Origin: Geosiphon pyriformis uo1 | Taxonomy: Eukaryota; Fungi; Glomeromycota | DNA length: 64,000 bases | Direction of reading: 5' to 3' | Assembly (NCBI GenBank): GCA_016748015.1 | Contig: JAAOMT010000697.1 | Location: 124,001 to 188,000 of the forward strand | Part shown: positions 63,300-64,000 of the stretch, piece by piece | Layout of the letters: the number at the start of each line of letters is the position of its first letter | How positions within the stretch are numbered: position 1 is the first letter of the stretch | The notes under the pieces: model-generated | Seen by the model: only the letters and a program-made list of their open reading frames with translations | Databases searched by the model: none | Told to the model about the DNA's origin: nothing | Program-made: the position numbers and the translations under genes

Positions 63300-64000
63300 T
63301 CATGATTAAAACAAATAATAAAAAAGCTGTATCTGTTATTTTTCATAAAATACCTAATAGAATTTCAAACAGAAAAGTTTTTTCTGTTGTAAAAACTGCT
63401 AAACATAATATTTTGGAAGCTTTTTCCTTAAATATTAATAATAAAAAACTGTTTTTAATAATTACAAAAGCATCTTTTTTATCTTTAACTGGTTTTTTAT
63501 TAGTTAAAGTTTTCTTAAAAAAACATACTGAATTAATTCTAGTATTGTCTTTATCTCTTTAAAGAACCCAAAATTTATTAATAATAGATTAGTTAATAAA
63601 CTGGTTTTTTCTTTTATAGTTTCTATACCAGATGCTGCTAGTATTTCTTCTTCAAAAAAATAGTCAAAAAAACCAAAAGTTCAAAAAAGTGAGACAGTTG
63701 CTCATTTTTGCTATTGTTATATTAAATTTTTTTGTGATTCTTAATAAAATCTTAGATAAAATTTTTATTGTATTATCTAATACATTGTTTAAAATAGACT
63801 AAGATAAACTATTAACTGTATTGTTAAATATGATATCCTTTAACAGATCATTACCAGTTTTAAAAACAAAACAATAGTTTCTTATTGAATTATTTGTTCA
63901 TAAAAACTGAACTAATTAGATAAAAACCAATTCAATTTTTTTTTTGGTTTTTAGTGTTGTTTACTAATTATTAAAAATTTGCTAAATAGATTGTCTTTAT
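63300..64000 (+). mobile_element. Degenerate coding relic, probably ORF1 of another LINE subfamily; runs off the window
   Basis: Stop-riddled Ser/Val/Lys-rich frame with the same compositional signature as the other LINE ORF1s. No catalytic motif is visible. Confidence 0.4.

Overview
AT-rich eukaryotic DNA with short GT-AG introns, most consistent with an early-diverging fungus (Glomeromycotina-like; taxon is inference). The window has two sharply different halves. 1-31 kb is genic: a 5-exon ZnF+PHD gene (+), a multi-exon MED23 (-), an intronless creA/MIG1-type C2H2 repressor (+) inside a ~14 kb microsatellite-rich gene desert, a 2-exon TET/JBP-like 2OG-fold gene (-) apparently lacking its iron ligands, and a degenerate gene whose 5' 630 bp is re-inserted as a near-perfect inverted repeat. 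31-64 kb is a CpG-depleted retroelement nest: two near-full-length APE-RT-RNaseH LINEs lie head-to-head, each interrupted in ORF1 by a copy of the same Ty3/gypsy family, plus older AT-eroded relics. The main candidate novel system is this gypsy family, which is built like a complex retrovirus. It has a Cys-rich domain and a dUTPase between protease and RT, an integrase apparently in its own ORF behind a CAA-rich spacer, a conserved soluble ORF3 in the env position, and seven phased ~20-21 bp palindromic repeats just upstream of the LTR TATA box. A second surprise is an old ~1.2 kb inverted duplication of non-coding DNA bracketing creA, with its symmetry centre close to the creA start codon. 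All alignments were done by eye; no database searches were run.
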